Position numbers and translations under genes: made by a program. The notes beneath the pieces are model-generated. The model was not told the DNA's origin, made no database searches, and saw only the letters and a program-made list of their open reading frames with translations. From Eledone cirrhosa (taxonomy: Eukaryota): a stretch of DNA of 64,000 nt. The stretch is taken from contig OZ024743.1 of assembly GCA_964016885.1 (NCBI GenBank), forward strand, positions 234,360,001 to 234,424,000. The letters are read 5' to 3'. Within the stretch, counting starts at the first letter, position 1. Each line of letters opens with the position of its first letter. Positions 40,101-53,600 of this stretch are shown in pieces.

Positions 40101-43100
40101 ACCGCCCGTGGTCGGATCGATCTGTAATTACTGGTACATGTGCAGAGACTCATTGGCTATGTGTGGCGTGAATTTCAGCAAGATATCTCCGTGAAATCAA
40201 TAGTTGTGGCTGTGGAACCAAACCGGGTTAAACGTCAACAAAGTCCGCCGGCGAATGGTGTGCTTCGAAGAAAACGAATCCAAAAATGACGATTTGCCGG
40301 CGGAGTTACCTTTTCAATCGCGGGCCGGCCGCCCGTGGTCGGATCGATCTGTAATTACTGGTACATGTGCAGACACTCATTGGCTATGTGTGGCGTGAAT
40401 TTCAGCAAGATATCTCCGTAAAATCAATAGTTGTGGCTGTGGAACCAAACCGTGTTAAACGTCAACAAAGTCCGCCGGCGAATGGTGTGCTTCGAAGAAA
40501 ACGAATCCAAAAATGACGATTTGCCGGCGGAGTTACCTTTTCAATCGCGGGCCGGCCGCCCGTGGTCGGATCGATCTGTAATTACTGGTACATGTGCAGA
40601 CACTCATTGGCTATGTGTGGCGTGAATTTCAGCAAGATATCTCCGTAAAATCAATAGTTGTGGCTGTGGAACCAAACCGTGTTAAACGTCAACAAAGTCC
40701 GCCGGCGAATGGTGTGCTTCGAAGAAAACGAATCCAAAAATGACGATTTGCCGGCGGAGTTACCTTTTCAATCGCGGGCCGGCCGCCCGTGGTCGGATCG
40801 ATCTGTAATTACTGGTACATGTGCAGACACTCATTGGCTATGTGTGGCGTGAATTTCAGCAAGATATCTCCGTAAAATCAATAGTTGTGGCTGTGGAACC
40901 AAACCGTGTTAAACGTCAACAAAGTCCGCCGGCGAATGGTGTGCTTCGAAGAAAACGAATCCAAAAATGACGATTTGCCGGCGGAGTTACCTTTTCAATC
41001 GCGGGCCGGCCGCCCGTGGTCGGATCGATCTGTAATTACTGGTACATGTGCAAACACTCATTGGCTATGTGTGGCGTGAATTTCAGCAAGATATCTCCGT
41101 AAAATCAATAGTTGTGGCTGTGGAACCAAACCGTGTTAAACGTCAACAAAGTCCGCCGGCGAATGGTGTGCTTCGAAGAAAACGAATCCAAAAATGACGA
41201 TTTGCCGGCGGAGTTACCTTTTCAATCGCAAACCGGCCGCCCGTGGTCGGATCGATCTGTAATTACTGGTACATGTGTAGACACTCATTGGCTATGTGTG
41301 GCGTGAATTTCAGCAAGATATCTCCGTAAAATCAATAGTTGTGGCTGTGGAACCAAACCGTGTTAAACGTCAACAAAGTCCGCCGGCGAATGGTGTGCTT
41401 CGAAGAAAACGAATCCAAAAATGACGATTTGCCGGCGGAGTTATCTTTTCAATCGCAAACCGGCCGCCCGTGGTCGGATCGATCTGTAATTACTGGTACC
41501 TGTGCAGACACTCATTGGCTATGTGTGGCGTGAATTTCAGCAAGATATCTCCGTAAAATCAATAGTTGTGGCTGTGGAACCAAACCGTGTTAAACGTCAA
41601 CAAAGTCAGCCGGCGAATGGTGTGCTTCGAAGAAAACGAATCCAAAAATGACGATTTGCCGGCGGAGTTACCTTTTCAATCGCAAACCGACCGCCCGTGG
41701 TCGGATCGATCTGTAATTACTGGTACATGTGCAGAGACTCATTGGCTATGTGTGGCGTGAATTTCAGCAAGATATCTCCGTGAAATCAATAGTTGTGGCT
41801 GTGGAACCAAACCGGGTTAAACGTCAACAAAGTCCGCCGGCGAATGGTGTGCTTCGAAGAAAACGAATCCAAAAATGACGATTTGCCGGCGGAGTTACCT
41901 TTTCAATCGCGGGCCGGCCGCCCGTGGTCGGATCGATCTGTAATTACTGGTACATGTGCAGACACTCATTGGCTATGTGTGGCGTGAATTTCAGCAAGAT
42001 ATCTCCGTAAAATCAATAGTTGTGGCTGTGGAACCAAACCGTGTTAAACGTCAACAAAGTCCGCCGGCGAATGGTGTGCTTCGAAGAAAACGAATCCAAA
42101 AATGACGATTTGCCGGCGGAGTTACCTTTTCAATCGCGGGCCGGCCACCCGTGGTCGGATCGATCTGTAATTACTGGTACATGTGCAGACACTCATTGGC
42201 TATGTGTGGCGTGAATTTCAGCAAGATATCTCCGTAAAATCAATAGTTGTGGCTGTGGAACCAAACCGTGTTAAACGTCAACAAAGTCCGCCGGCGAATG
42301 GTGTGCTTCGAAGAAAACGAATCCAAAAATGACGATTTGCCGGCGGAGTTACCTTTTCAATCGCAAACCGGCCGCCCGTGGTCGGATCGATCTGTAATTA
42401 CTGGTACATGTGCAGACACTCATTGGCTATGTGTGGCGTGAATTTCAGCAAGATATCTCCGTAAAATCAATAGTTGTGGCTGTGGAACCAAACCGTGTTA
42501 AACGTCAACAAAGTCCGCCGGCGAATGGTGTGCTTCGAAGAAAACGAATCCAAAAATGACGATTTGCCGGCGGAGTTACCTTTTCAATCGCGGGCCGGCC
42601 GCCCGTGGTCGGATCGATCTGTAATTACTGGTACATGTGCAGACACTCATTGGCTATGTGTGGCTTGAATTTCAGCAAGATATCTCCGTAAAATCAATAG
42701 TTGTGGCTGTGGAACCAAACCGTGTTAAACGTCAACAAAGTCCGCCGGCGAATGGTGTGCTTCGAAGAAAACGAATCCAAAAATGACGATTTGCCGGCGG
42801 AGTTACCTTTTCAATCGCGGGCCGGCCGCCCGTGGTCGGATCGATCTGTAATTACTGGTACATGTGCAGACACTCATTGGCTATGTGTGGCGTGAATTTC
42901 AGCAAGATATCTCCGTAAAATCAATAGTTGTGGCTGTGGAACCAAACCGTGTTAAACGTCAACAAAGTCCGCCGGCGAATGGTGTGCTTCGAAGAAAACG
43001 AATCCAAAAATGACGATTTGCCGGCGGAGTTACCTTTTCAATCGCGGGCCGGCCACCCGTGGTCGGATCGATCTGTAATTACTGGTACATGTGCAGACAC

Positions 43101-46100
43101 TCATTGGCTATGTGTGGCGTGAATTTCAGCAAGATATCTCCGTAAAATCAATAGTTGTGGCTGTGGAACCAAACCGGGTTAAACGTCAACAAAGTCCGCC
43201 GGCGAATGGTGTGCTTCGAAGAAAACGAATCCAAAAATGACGATTTGCCGGCGGAGTTACCTTTTCAATCGCGGGCCGGCCGCCCGTGGTCGGATCGATC
43301 TGTAATTACTGGTACATGTGCAGACACTCATTGGCTATGTGTGGCGTGAATTTCAGCAAGATATCTCCGTAAAATCAATAGTTGTGGCTGTGGAACCAAA
43401 CCGTGTTAAACGTCAACAAAGTCCGCCGGCGAATGGTGTGCTTCGAAGAAAACGAATCCAAAAATGACGATTTGCCGGCGGAGTTACCTTTTCAATCGCG
43501 GGCCGGCCGCCCGTGGTCGGATCGATCTGTAATTACTGGTACATGTGCAGACACTCATTGGCTATGTGTGGCGTGAATTTCAGCAAGATATCTCCGTAAA
43601 ATCAATAGTTGTGGCTGTGGAACCAAACCGTGTTAAACGTCAACAAAGTCCGCCGGCGAATGGTGTGCTTCGAAGAAAACGAATCCAAAAATGACGATTT
43701 GCCGGCGGAGTTACCTTTTCAATCGCGGGCCGGCCGCCCGTGGTCGGATCGATCTGTAATTACTGGTACATGTGCAGACACTCATTGGCTATGTGTGGCG
43801 TGAATTTCAGCAAGATATCTCCGTAAAATCAATAGTTGTGGCTGTGGAACCAAACCGTGTTAAACGTCAACAAAGTCCGCCGGCGAATGGTGTGCTTCGA
43901 AGAAAACGAATCCAAAAATGACGATTTGCCGGCGGAGTTACCTTTTCAATCGCGGGCCGGCCGCCCGTGGTCGGATCGATCTGTAATTACTGGTACATGT
44001 GCAGACACTCATTGGCTATGTGTGGCGTGAATTTCAGCAAGATATCTCCGTAAAATCAATAGTTGTGGCTGTGGAACCAAACCGTGTTAAACGTCAACAA
44101 AGTCCGCCGGCGAATGGTGTGCTTCGAAGAAAACGAATCCAAAAATGACGATTTGCCGGCGGAGTTACCTTTTCAATCGCAAACCGGCCGCCCGTGGTCG
44201 GATCGATCTGTAATTACTGGTACCTGTGCAGACACTCATTGGCTATGTGTGGCGTGAATTTCAGCAAGATATCTCCGTAAAATCAATAGTTGTGGCTGTG
44301 GAACCAAACCGTGTTAAACGTCAACAAAGTCAGCCGGCGAATGGTGTGCTTCGAAGAAAACGAATCCAAAAATGACGATTTGCCGGCGGAGTTACCTTTT
44401 CAATCGCAAACCGACCGCCCGTGGTCGGATCGATCTGTAATTACTGGTACATGTGCAGAGACTCATTGGCTATGTGTGGCGTGAATTTCAGCAAGATATC
44501 TCCGTGAAATCAATAGTTGTGGCTGTGGAACCAAACCGGGTTAAACGTCAACAAAGTCCGCCGGCGAATGGTGTGCTTCGAAGAAAACGAATCCAAAAAT
44601 GACGATTTGCCGGCGGAGTTACCTTTTCAATCGCGGGCCGGCCGCCCGTGGTCGGATCGATCTGTAATTACTGGTACATGTGCAGACACTCATTGGCTAT
44701 GTGTGGCGTGAATTTCAGCAAGATATCTCCGTAAAATCAATAGTTGTGGCTGTGGAACCAAACCGTGTTAAACGTCAACAAAGTCCGCCGGCGAATGGTG
44801 TGCTTCGAAGAAAACGAATCCAAAAATGACGATTTGCCGGCGGAGTTACCTTTTCAATCGCGGGCCGGCCGCCCGTGGTCGGATCGATCTGTAATTACTG
44901 GTACATGTGCAGACACTCATTGGCTATGTGTGGCGTGAATTTCAGCAAGATATCTCCGTAAAATCAATAGTTGTGGCTGTGGAACCAAACCGTGTTAAAC
45001 GTCAACAAAGTCCGCCGGCGAATGGTGTGCTTCGAAGAAAACGAATCCAAAAATGACGATTTGCCGGCGGAGTTACCTTTTCAATCGCGGGCCGGCCGCC
45101 CGTGGTCGGATCGATCTGTAATTACTGGTACATGTGCAGACACTCATTGGCTATGTGTGGCGTGAATTTCAGCAAGATATCTCCGTAAAATCAATAGTTG
45201 TGGCTGTGGAACCAAACCGTGTTAAACGTCAACAAAGTCCGCCGGCGAATGGTGTGCTTCGAAGAAAACGAATCCAAAAATGACGATTTGCCGGCGGAGT
45301 TACCTTTTCAATCGCGGGCCGGCCGCCCGTGGTCGGATCGATCTGTAATTACTGGTACATGTGCAGACACTCATTGGCTATGTGTGGCGTGAATTTCAGC
45401 AAGATATCTCCGTAAAATCAATAGTTGTGGCTGTGGAACCAAACCGTGTTAAACGTCAACAAAGTCCGCCGGCGAATGGTGTGCTTCGAAGAAAACGAAT
45501 CCAAAAATGACGATTTGCCGGCGGAGTTACCTTTTCAATCGCGGGCCGGCCGCCCGTGGTCGGATCGATCTGTAATTACTGGTACATGTGCAGACACTCA
45601 TTGGCTATGTGTGGCGTGAATTTCAGCAAGATATCTCCGTAAAATCAATAGTTGTGGCTGTGGAACCAAACCGTGTTAAACGTCAACAAAGTCCGCCGGC
45701 GAATGGTGTGCTTCGAAGAAAACGAATCCAAAAATGACGATTTGCCGGCGGAGTTACCTTTTCAATCGCAAACCGGCCGCCCGTGGTCGGATCGATCTGT
45801 AATTACTGGTACCTGTGCAGACACTCATTGGCTATGTGTGGCGTGAATTTCAGCAAGATATCTCCGTAAAATCAATAGTTGTGGCTGTGGAACCAAACCG
45901 TGTTAAACGTCAACAAAGTCAGCCGGCGAATGGTGTGCTTCGAAGAAAACGAATCCAAAAATGACGATTTGCCGGCGGAGTTACCTTTTCAATCGCAAAC
46001 CGACCGCCCGTGGTCGGATCGATCTGTAATTACTGGTACATGTGCAGAGACTCATTGGCTATGTGTGGCGTGAATTTCAGCAAGATATCTCCGTGAAATC

Positions 46101-49100
46101 AATAGTTGTGGCTGTGGAACCAAACCGGGTTAAACGTCAACAAAGTCCGCCGGCGAATGGTGTGCTTCGAAGAAAACGAATCCAAAAATGACGATTTGCC
46201 GGCGGAGTTACCTTTTCAATCGCGGGCCGGCCGCCCGTGGTCGGATCGATCTGTAATTACTGGTACATGTGCAGACACTCATTGGCTATGTGTGGCGTGA
46301 ATTTCAGCAAGATATCTCCGTAAAATCAATAGTTGTGGCTGTGGAACCAAACCGTGTTAAACGTCAACAAAGTCCGCCGGCGAATGGTGTGCTTCGAAGA
46401 AAACGAATCCAAAAATGACGATTTGCCGGCGGAGTTACCTTTTCAATCGCGGGCCGGCCGCCCGTGGTCGGATCGATCTGTAATTACTGGTACATGTGCA
46501 GACACTCATTGGCTATGTGTGGCGTGAATTTCAGCAAGATATCTCCGTAAAATCAATAGTTGTGGCTGTGGAACCAAACCGTGTTAAACGTCAACAAAGT
46601 CCGCCGGCGAATGGTGTGCTTCGAAGAAAACGAATCCAAAAATGACGATTTGCCGGCGGAGTTACCTTTTCAATCGCGGGCCGGCCGCCCGTGGTCGGAT
46701 CGATCTGTAATTACTGGTACATGTGCAGACACTCATTGGCTATGTGTGGCGTGAATTTCAGCAAGATATCTCCGTAAAATCAATAGTTGTGGCTGTGGAA
46801 CCAAACCGTGTTAAACGTCAACAAAGTCCGCCGGCGAATGGTGTGCTTCGAAGAAAACGAATCCAAAAATGACGATTTGCCGGCGGAGTTACCTTTTCAA
46901 TCGCGGGCCGGCCGCCCGTGGTCGGATCGATCTGTAATTACTGGTACATGTGCAAACACTCATTGGCTATGTGTGGCGTGAATTTCAGCAAGATATCTCC
47001 GTAAAATCAATAGTTGTGGCTGTGGAACCAAACCGTGTTAAACGTCAACAAAGTCCGCCGGCGAATGGTGTGCTTCGAAGAAAACGAATCCAAAAATGAC
47101 GATTTGCCGGCGGAGTTACCTTTTCAATCGCAAACCGGCCGCCCGTGGTCGGATCGATCTGTAATTACTGGTACATGTGTAGACACTCATTGGCTATGTG
47201 TGGCGTGAATTTCAGCAAGATATCTCCGTAAAATCAATAGTTGTGGCTGTGGAACCAAACCGTGTTAAACGTCAACAAAGTCCGCCGGCGAATGGTGTGC
47301 TTCGAAGAAAACGAATCCAAAAATGACGATTTGCCGGCGGAGTTATCTTTTCAATCGCAAACCGGCCGCCCGTGGTCGGATCGATCTGTAATTACTGGTA
47401 CCTGTGCAGACACTCATTGGCTATGTGTGGCGTGAATTTCAGCAAGATATCTCCGTAAAATCAATAGTTGTGGCTGTGGAACCAAACCGTGTTAAACGTC
47501 AACAAAGTCAGCCGGCGAATGGTGTGCTTCGAAGAAAACGAATCCAAAAATGACGATTTGCCGGCGGAGTTACCTTTTCAATCGCAAACCGACCGCCCGT
47601 GGTCGGATCGATCTGTAATTACTGGTACATGTGCAGAGACTCATTGGCTATGTGTGGCGTGAATTTCAGCAAGATATCTCCGTGAAATCAATAGTTGTGG
47701 CTGTGGAACCAAACCGGGTTAAACGTCAACAAAGTCCGCCGGCGAATGGTGTGCTTCGAAGAAAACGAATCCAAAAATGACGATTTGCCGGCGGAGTTAC
47801 CTTTTCAATCGCGGGCCGGCCGCCCGTGGTCGGATCGATCTGTAATTACTGGTACATGTGCAGACACTCATTGGCTATGTGTGGCGTGAATTTCAGCAAG
47901 ATATCTCCGTAAAATCAATAGTTGTGGCTGTGGAACCAAACCGTGTTAAACGTCAACAAAGTCCGCCGGCGAATGGTGTGCTTCGAAGAAAACGAATCCA
48001 AAAATGACGATTTGCCGGCGGAGTTACCTTTTCAATCGCGGGCCGGCCACCCGTGGTCGGATCGATCTGTAATTACTGGTACATGTGCAGACACTCATTG
48101 GCTATGTGTGGCGTGAATTTCAGCAAGATATCTCCGTAAAATCAATAGTTGTGGCTGTGGAACCAAACCGTGTTAAACGTCAACAAAGTCCGCCGGCGAA
48201 TGGTGTGCTTCGAAGAAAACGAATCCAAAAATGACGATTTGCCGGCGGAGTTACCTTTTCAATCGCAAACCGGCCGCCCGTGGTCGGATCGATCTGTAAT
48301 TACTGGTACATGTGCAGACACTCATTGGCTATGTGTGGCGTGAATTTCAGCAAGATATCTCCGTAAAATCAATAGTTGTGGCTGTGGAACCAAACCGTGT
48401 TAAACGTCAACAAAGTCCGCCGGCGAATGGTGTGCTTCGAAGAAAACGAATCCAAAAATGACGATTTGCCGGCGGAGTTACCTTTTCAATCGCGGGCCGG
48501 CCGCCCGTGGTCGGATCGATCTGTAATTACTGGTACATGTGCAGACACTCATTGGCTATGTGTGGCTTGAATTTCAGCAAGATATCTCCGTAAAATCAAT
48601 AGTTGTGGCTGTGGAACCAAACCGTGTTAAACGTCAACAAAGTCCGCCGGCGAATGGTGTGCTTCGAAGAAAACGAATCCAAAAATGACGATTTGCCGGC
48701 GGAGTTACCTTTTCAATCGCGGGCCGGCCGCCCGTGGTCGGATCGATCTGTAATTACTGGTACATGTGCAGACACTCATTGGCTATGTGTGGCGTGAATT
48801 TCAGCAAGATATCTCCGTAAAATCAATAGTTGTGGCTGTGGAACCAAACCGTGTTAAACGTCAACAAAGTCCGCCGGCGAATGGTGTGCTTCGAAGAAAA
48901 CGAATCCAAAAATGACGATTTGCCGGCGGAGTTACCTTTTCAATCGCGGGCCGGCCACCCGTGGTCGGATCGATCTGTAATTACTGGTACATGTGCAGAC
49001 ACTCATTGGCTATGTGTGGCGTGAATTTCAGCAAGATATCTCCGTAAAATCAATAGTTGTGGCTGTGGAACCAAACCGTGTTAAACGTCAACAAAGTCCG

Positions 49101-50621
49101 CCGGCGAATGGTGTGCTTCGAAGAAAACGAATCCAAAAATGACGATTTGCCGGCGGAGTTACCTTTTCAATCGCAAACCGGCCGCCCGTGGTCGGATCGA
49201 TCTGTAATTACTGGTACATGTGCAGACACTCATTGGCTATGTGTGGCGTGAATTTCAGCAAGATATCTCCGTAAAATCAATAGTTGTGGCTGTGGAACCA
49301 AACCGTGTTAAACGTCAACAAAGTCCGCCGGCGAATGGTGTGCTTCGAAGAAAACGAATCCAAAAATGACGATTTGCCGGCGGAGTTACCTTTTCAATCG
49401 CGGGCCGGCCGCCCGTGGTCGGATCGATCTGTAATTACTGGTACATGTGCAGACACTCATTGGCTATGTGTGGCTTGAATTTCAGCAAGATATCTCCGTA
49501 AAATCAATAGTTGTGGCTGTGGAACCAAACCGTGTTAAACGTCAACAAAGTCCGCCGGCGAATGGTGTGCTTCGAAGAAAACGAATCCAAAAATGACGAT
49601 TTGCCGGCGGAGTTACCTTTTCAATCGCGGGCCGGCCGCCCGTGGTCGGATCGATCTGTAATTACTGGTACATGTGCAGACACTCATTGGCTATGTGTGG
49701 CGTGAATTTCAGCAAGATATCTCCGTAAAATCAATAGTTGTGGCTGTGGAACCAAACCGTGTTAAACGTCAACAAAGTCCGCCGGCGAATGGTGTGCTTC
49801 GAAGAAAACGAATCCAAAAATGACGATTTGCCGGCGGAGTTACCTTTTCAATCGCAAACCGGCCGCCCGTGGTCGGATCGATCTGTAATTACTGGTACAT
49901 GTGCAGACACTCATTGGCTATGTGTGGCGTGAATTTCAGCAAGATATCTCCGTAAAATCAATAGTTGTGGCTGTGGAACCAAACCGTGTTAAACGTCAAC
50001 AAAGTCCGCCGGCGAATGGTGTGCTTCGAAGAAAACGAATCCAAAAATGACGATTTGCCGGCGGAGTTACCTTTTCAATCGCAAACCGGCCGCCCGTGGT
50101 CGGATCGATCTGTAATTACTGGTACCTGTGCAGACACTCATTGGCTATGTGTGGCGTGAATTTCAGCAAGATATCTCCGTAAAATCAATAGTTGTGGCTG
50201 TGGAACCAAACCGTGTTAAACGTCAACAAAGTCAGCCGGCGAATGGTGTGCTTCGAAGAAAACGAATCCAAAAATGACGATTTGCCGGCGGAGTTACCTT
50301 TTCAATCGCAAACCGACCGCCCGTGGTCGGATCGATCTGTAATTACTGGTACATGTGCAGAGACTCATTGGCTATGTGTGGCGTGAATTTCAGCAAGATA
50401 TCTCCGTGAAATCAATAGTTGTGGCTGTGGAACCAAACCGGGTTAAACGTCAACAAAGTCCGCCGGCGAATGGTGTGCTTCGAAGAAAACGAATCCAAAA
50501 ATGACGATTTGCCGGCGGAGTTACCTTTTCAATCGCAAACCGGCCGCCCGTGGTCGGATCGATCTGTAATTACTGGTACATGTGCAGACACTCATTGGCT
50601 ATGTGTGGCGTGAATTTCAGC
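16118..50621. repeat. Array domain 2 continued: length variants of the 19-mer HOR (23-mer 16118-21338, 24-mer 27695-33142, 22-mer 33143-38136, plus truncated units)
   Basis: The same monomer types and core order (D G A A N V S D G H) recur, with whole-monomer duplications and deletions. G193A markers lie in the copies with ORF starts 17504, 24541, 29081, 34529, 40885 and 46787. Confidence 0.85.
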
Positions 50622-53600
50622 AAGATATCTCCGTGAAATCAATAGTTGTGGCTGTGGAACCAAACCGTGTTAAACGTCAACAAAGTCCGCCGGCGAATGG
50701 TGTGCTTCGAAGAAAACGAATCCAAAAATGACGATTTGCCGGCGGAGTTACCTTTTCAATCGCGGGCCGGCCGCCCGTGATCGGATCGATCTGTAATTAC
50801 TGGTACATGTGCAGACACTCATTGGCTATGTGTGGCGTGAATTTCAGCAAGATATCTCCGTAAAATCAATAGTTGTGGCTGTGGAACCAAACCGTGTTAA
50901 ACGTCAACAAAGTCCGCCGGCGAATGGTGTGCTTCGAAGAAAACGAATCCAAAAATGACGATTTGCCGGCGGAGTTACCTTTTCAATCGCGGGCCGGCCG
51001 CCCGTGGTCGGATCGATCTGTAATTACTGGTACATGTGCAGACACTCATTGGCTATGTGTGGCTTGAATTTCAGCAAGATATCTCCGTAAAATCAATAGT
51101 TGTGGCTGTGGAACCAAACCGTGTTAAACGTCAACAAAGTCCGCCGGCGAATGGTGTGCTTCGAAGAAAACGAATCCAAAAATGACGATTTGCCGGCGGA
51201 GTTACCTTTTCAATCGCGGGCCGGCCGCCCGTGGTCGGATCGATCTGTAATTACTGGTACATGTGCAGACACTCATTGGCTATGTGTGGCGTGAATTTCA
51301 GCAAGATATCTCCGTAAAATCAATAGTTGTGGCTGTGGAACCAAACCGTGTTAAACGTCAACAAAGTCAGCCGGCGAATGGTGTGCTTCGAAGAAAACGA
51401 ATCCAAAAATGACGATTTGCCGGCGGAGTTACCTTTTCAATCGCAAACCGACCGCCCGTGGTCGGATCGATCTGTAATTACTGGTACATGTGCAGAGACT
51501 CATTGGCTATGTGTGGCGTGAATTTCAGCAAGATATCTCCGTGAAATCAATAGTTGTGGCTGTGGAACCAAACCGGGTTAAACGTCAACAAAGTCCGCCG
51601 GCGAATGGTGTGCTTCGAAGAAAACGAATCCAAAAATGACGATTTGCCGGCGGAGTTACCTTTTCAATCGCGGGCCGGCCGCCCGTGGTCGGATCGATCT
51701 GTAATTACTGGTACATGTGCAGACACTCATTGGCTATGTGTGGCGTGAATTTCAGCAAGATATCTCCGTAAAATCAATAGTTGTGGCTGTGGAACCAAAC
51801 CGTGTTAAACGTCAACAAAGTCCGCCGGCGAATGGTGTGCTTCGAAGAAAACGAATCCAAAAATGACGATTTGCCGGCGGAGTTACCTTTTCAATCGCGG
51901 GCCGGCCGCCCGTGGTCGGATCGATCTGTAATTACTGGTACATGTGCAGACACTCATTGGCTATGTGTGGCGTGAATTTCAGCAAGATATCTCCGTAAAA
52001 TCAATAGTTGTGGCTGTGGAACCAAACCGTGTTAAACGTCAACAAAGTCCGCCGGCGAATGGTGTGCTTCGAAGAAAACGAATCCAAAAATGACGATTTG
52101 CCGGCGGTGTTACCTTTTCAATCGCGGGCCGGCCGCCCGTGGTCGGATCGATCTGTAATTACTGGTACATGTGCAGACACTCATTGGCTATGTGTGGCGT
52201 GAATTTCAGCAAGATATCTCCGTAAAATCAATAGTTGTGGCTGTGGAACCAAACCGTGTTAAACGTCAACAAAGTCCGCCGGCGAATGGTGTGCTTCGAA
52301 GAAAACGAATCCAAAAATGACGATTTGCCGGCGGAGTTACCTTTTCAATCGCAAACCGGCCGCCCGTGGTCGGATCGATCTGTAATTACTGGTACATGTG
52401 CAGACACTCATTGGCTATGTGTGGCGTGAATTTCAGCAAGATATCTCCGTAAAATCAATAGTTGTGGCTGTGGAACCAAACCGTGTTAAACGTCAACAAA
52501 GTCCGCCGGCGAATGGTGTGCTTCGAAGAAAACGAATCCAAAAATGACGATTTGCCGGCGGAGTTACCTTTTCAATCGCGGGCCGGCCGCCCGTGGTCGG
52601 ATCGATCTGTAATTACTGGTACATGTGCAGACACTCATTGGCTATGTGTGGCTTGAATTTCAGCAAGATATCTCCGTAAAATCAATAGTTGTGGCTGTGG
52701 AACCAAACCGTGTTAAACGTCAACAAAGTCCGCCGGCGAATGGTGTGCTTCGAAGAAAACGAATCCAAAAATGACGATTTGCCGGCGGAGTTACCTTTTC
52801 AATCGCGGGCCGGCCGCCCGTGGTCGGATCGATCTGTAATTACTGGTACATGTGCAGACACTCATTGGCTATGTGTGGCGTGAATTTCAGCAAGATATCT
52901 CCGTAAAATCAATAGTTGTGGCTGTGGAACCAAACCGTGTTAAACGTCAACAAAGTCCGCCGGCGAATGGTGTGCTTCGAAGAAAACGAATCCAAAAATG
53001 ACGATTTGCCGGCGGAGTTACCTTTTCAATCGCGGGCCGGCCGCCCGTGGTCGGATCGATCTGTAATTACTGGTACATGTGCAGACACTCATTGGCTATG
53101 TGTGGCGTGAATTTCAGCAAGATATCTCCGTAAAATCAATAGTTGTGGCTGTGGAACCAAACCGTGTTAAACGTCAACAAAGTCCGCCGGCGAATGGTGT
53201 GCTTCGAAGAAAACGAATCCAAAAATGACGATTTGCCGGCGGAGTTACCTTTTCAATCGCAAACCGGCCGCCCGTGGTCGGATCGATCTGTAATTACTGG
53301 TACCTGTGCAGACACTCATTGGCTATGTGTGGCGTGAATTTCAGCAAGATATCTCAGTAAAATCAATAGTTGTGGCTGTGGAACCAAACCGTGTTAAACG
53401 TCAACAAAGTCAGCCGGCGAATGGTGTGCTTCGAAGAAAACGAATCCAAAAATGACGATTTGCCGGCGGAGTTACCTTTTCAATCGCAAACCGGCCGCCC
53501 GTGGTCGGATCGATCTGTAATTACTGGTACATGTGCAGACACTCATTGGCTAAGTGTGGCGTGAATTTCAGCAAGATATCTCCGTGAAATCAATAGTTGT

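Noticed and set aside
3525-53553. Singleton substitutions (3525 G>T, 4563 A>T, 5831 G>A, 6580 C>T, 26468 C>A, 52108 A>T, 53553 T>A)
   Set aside because: Each was seen once and cannot be distinguished from consensus errors or recent neutral mutations.
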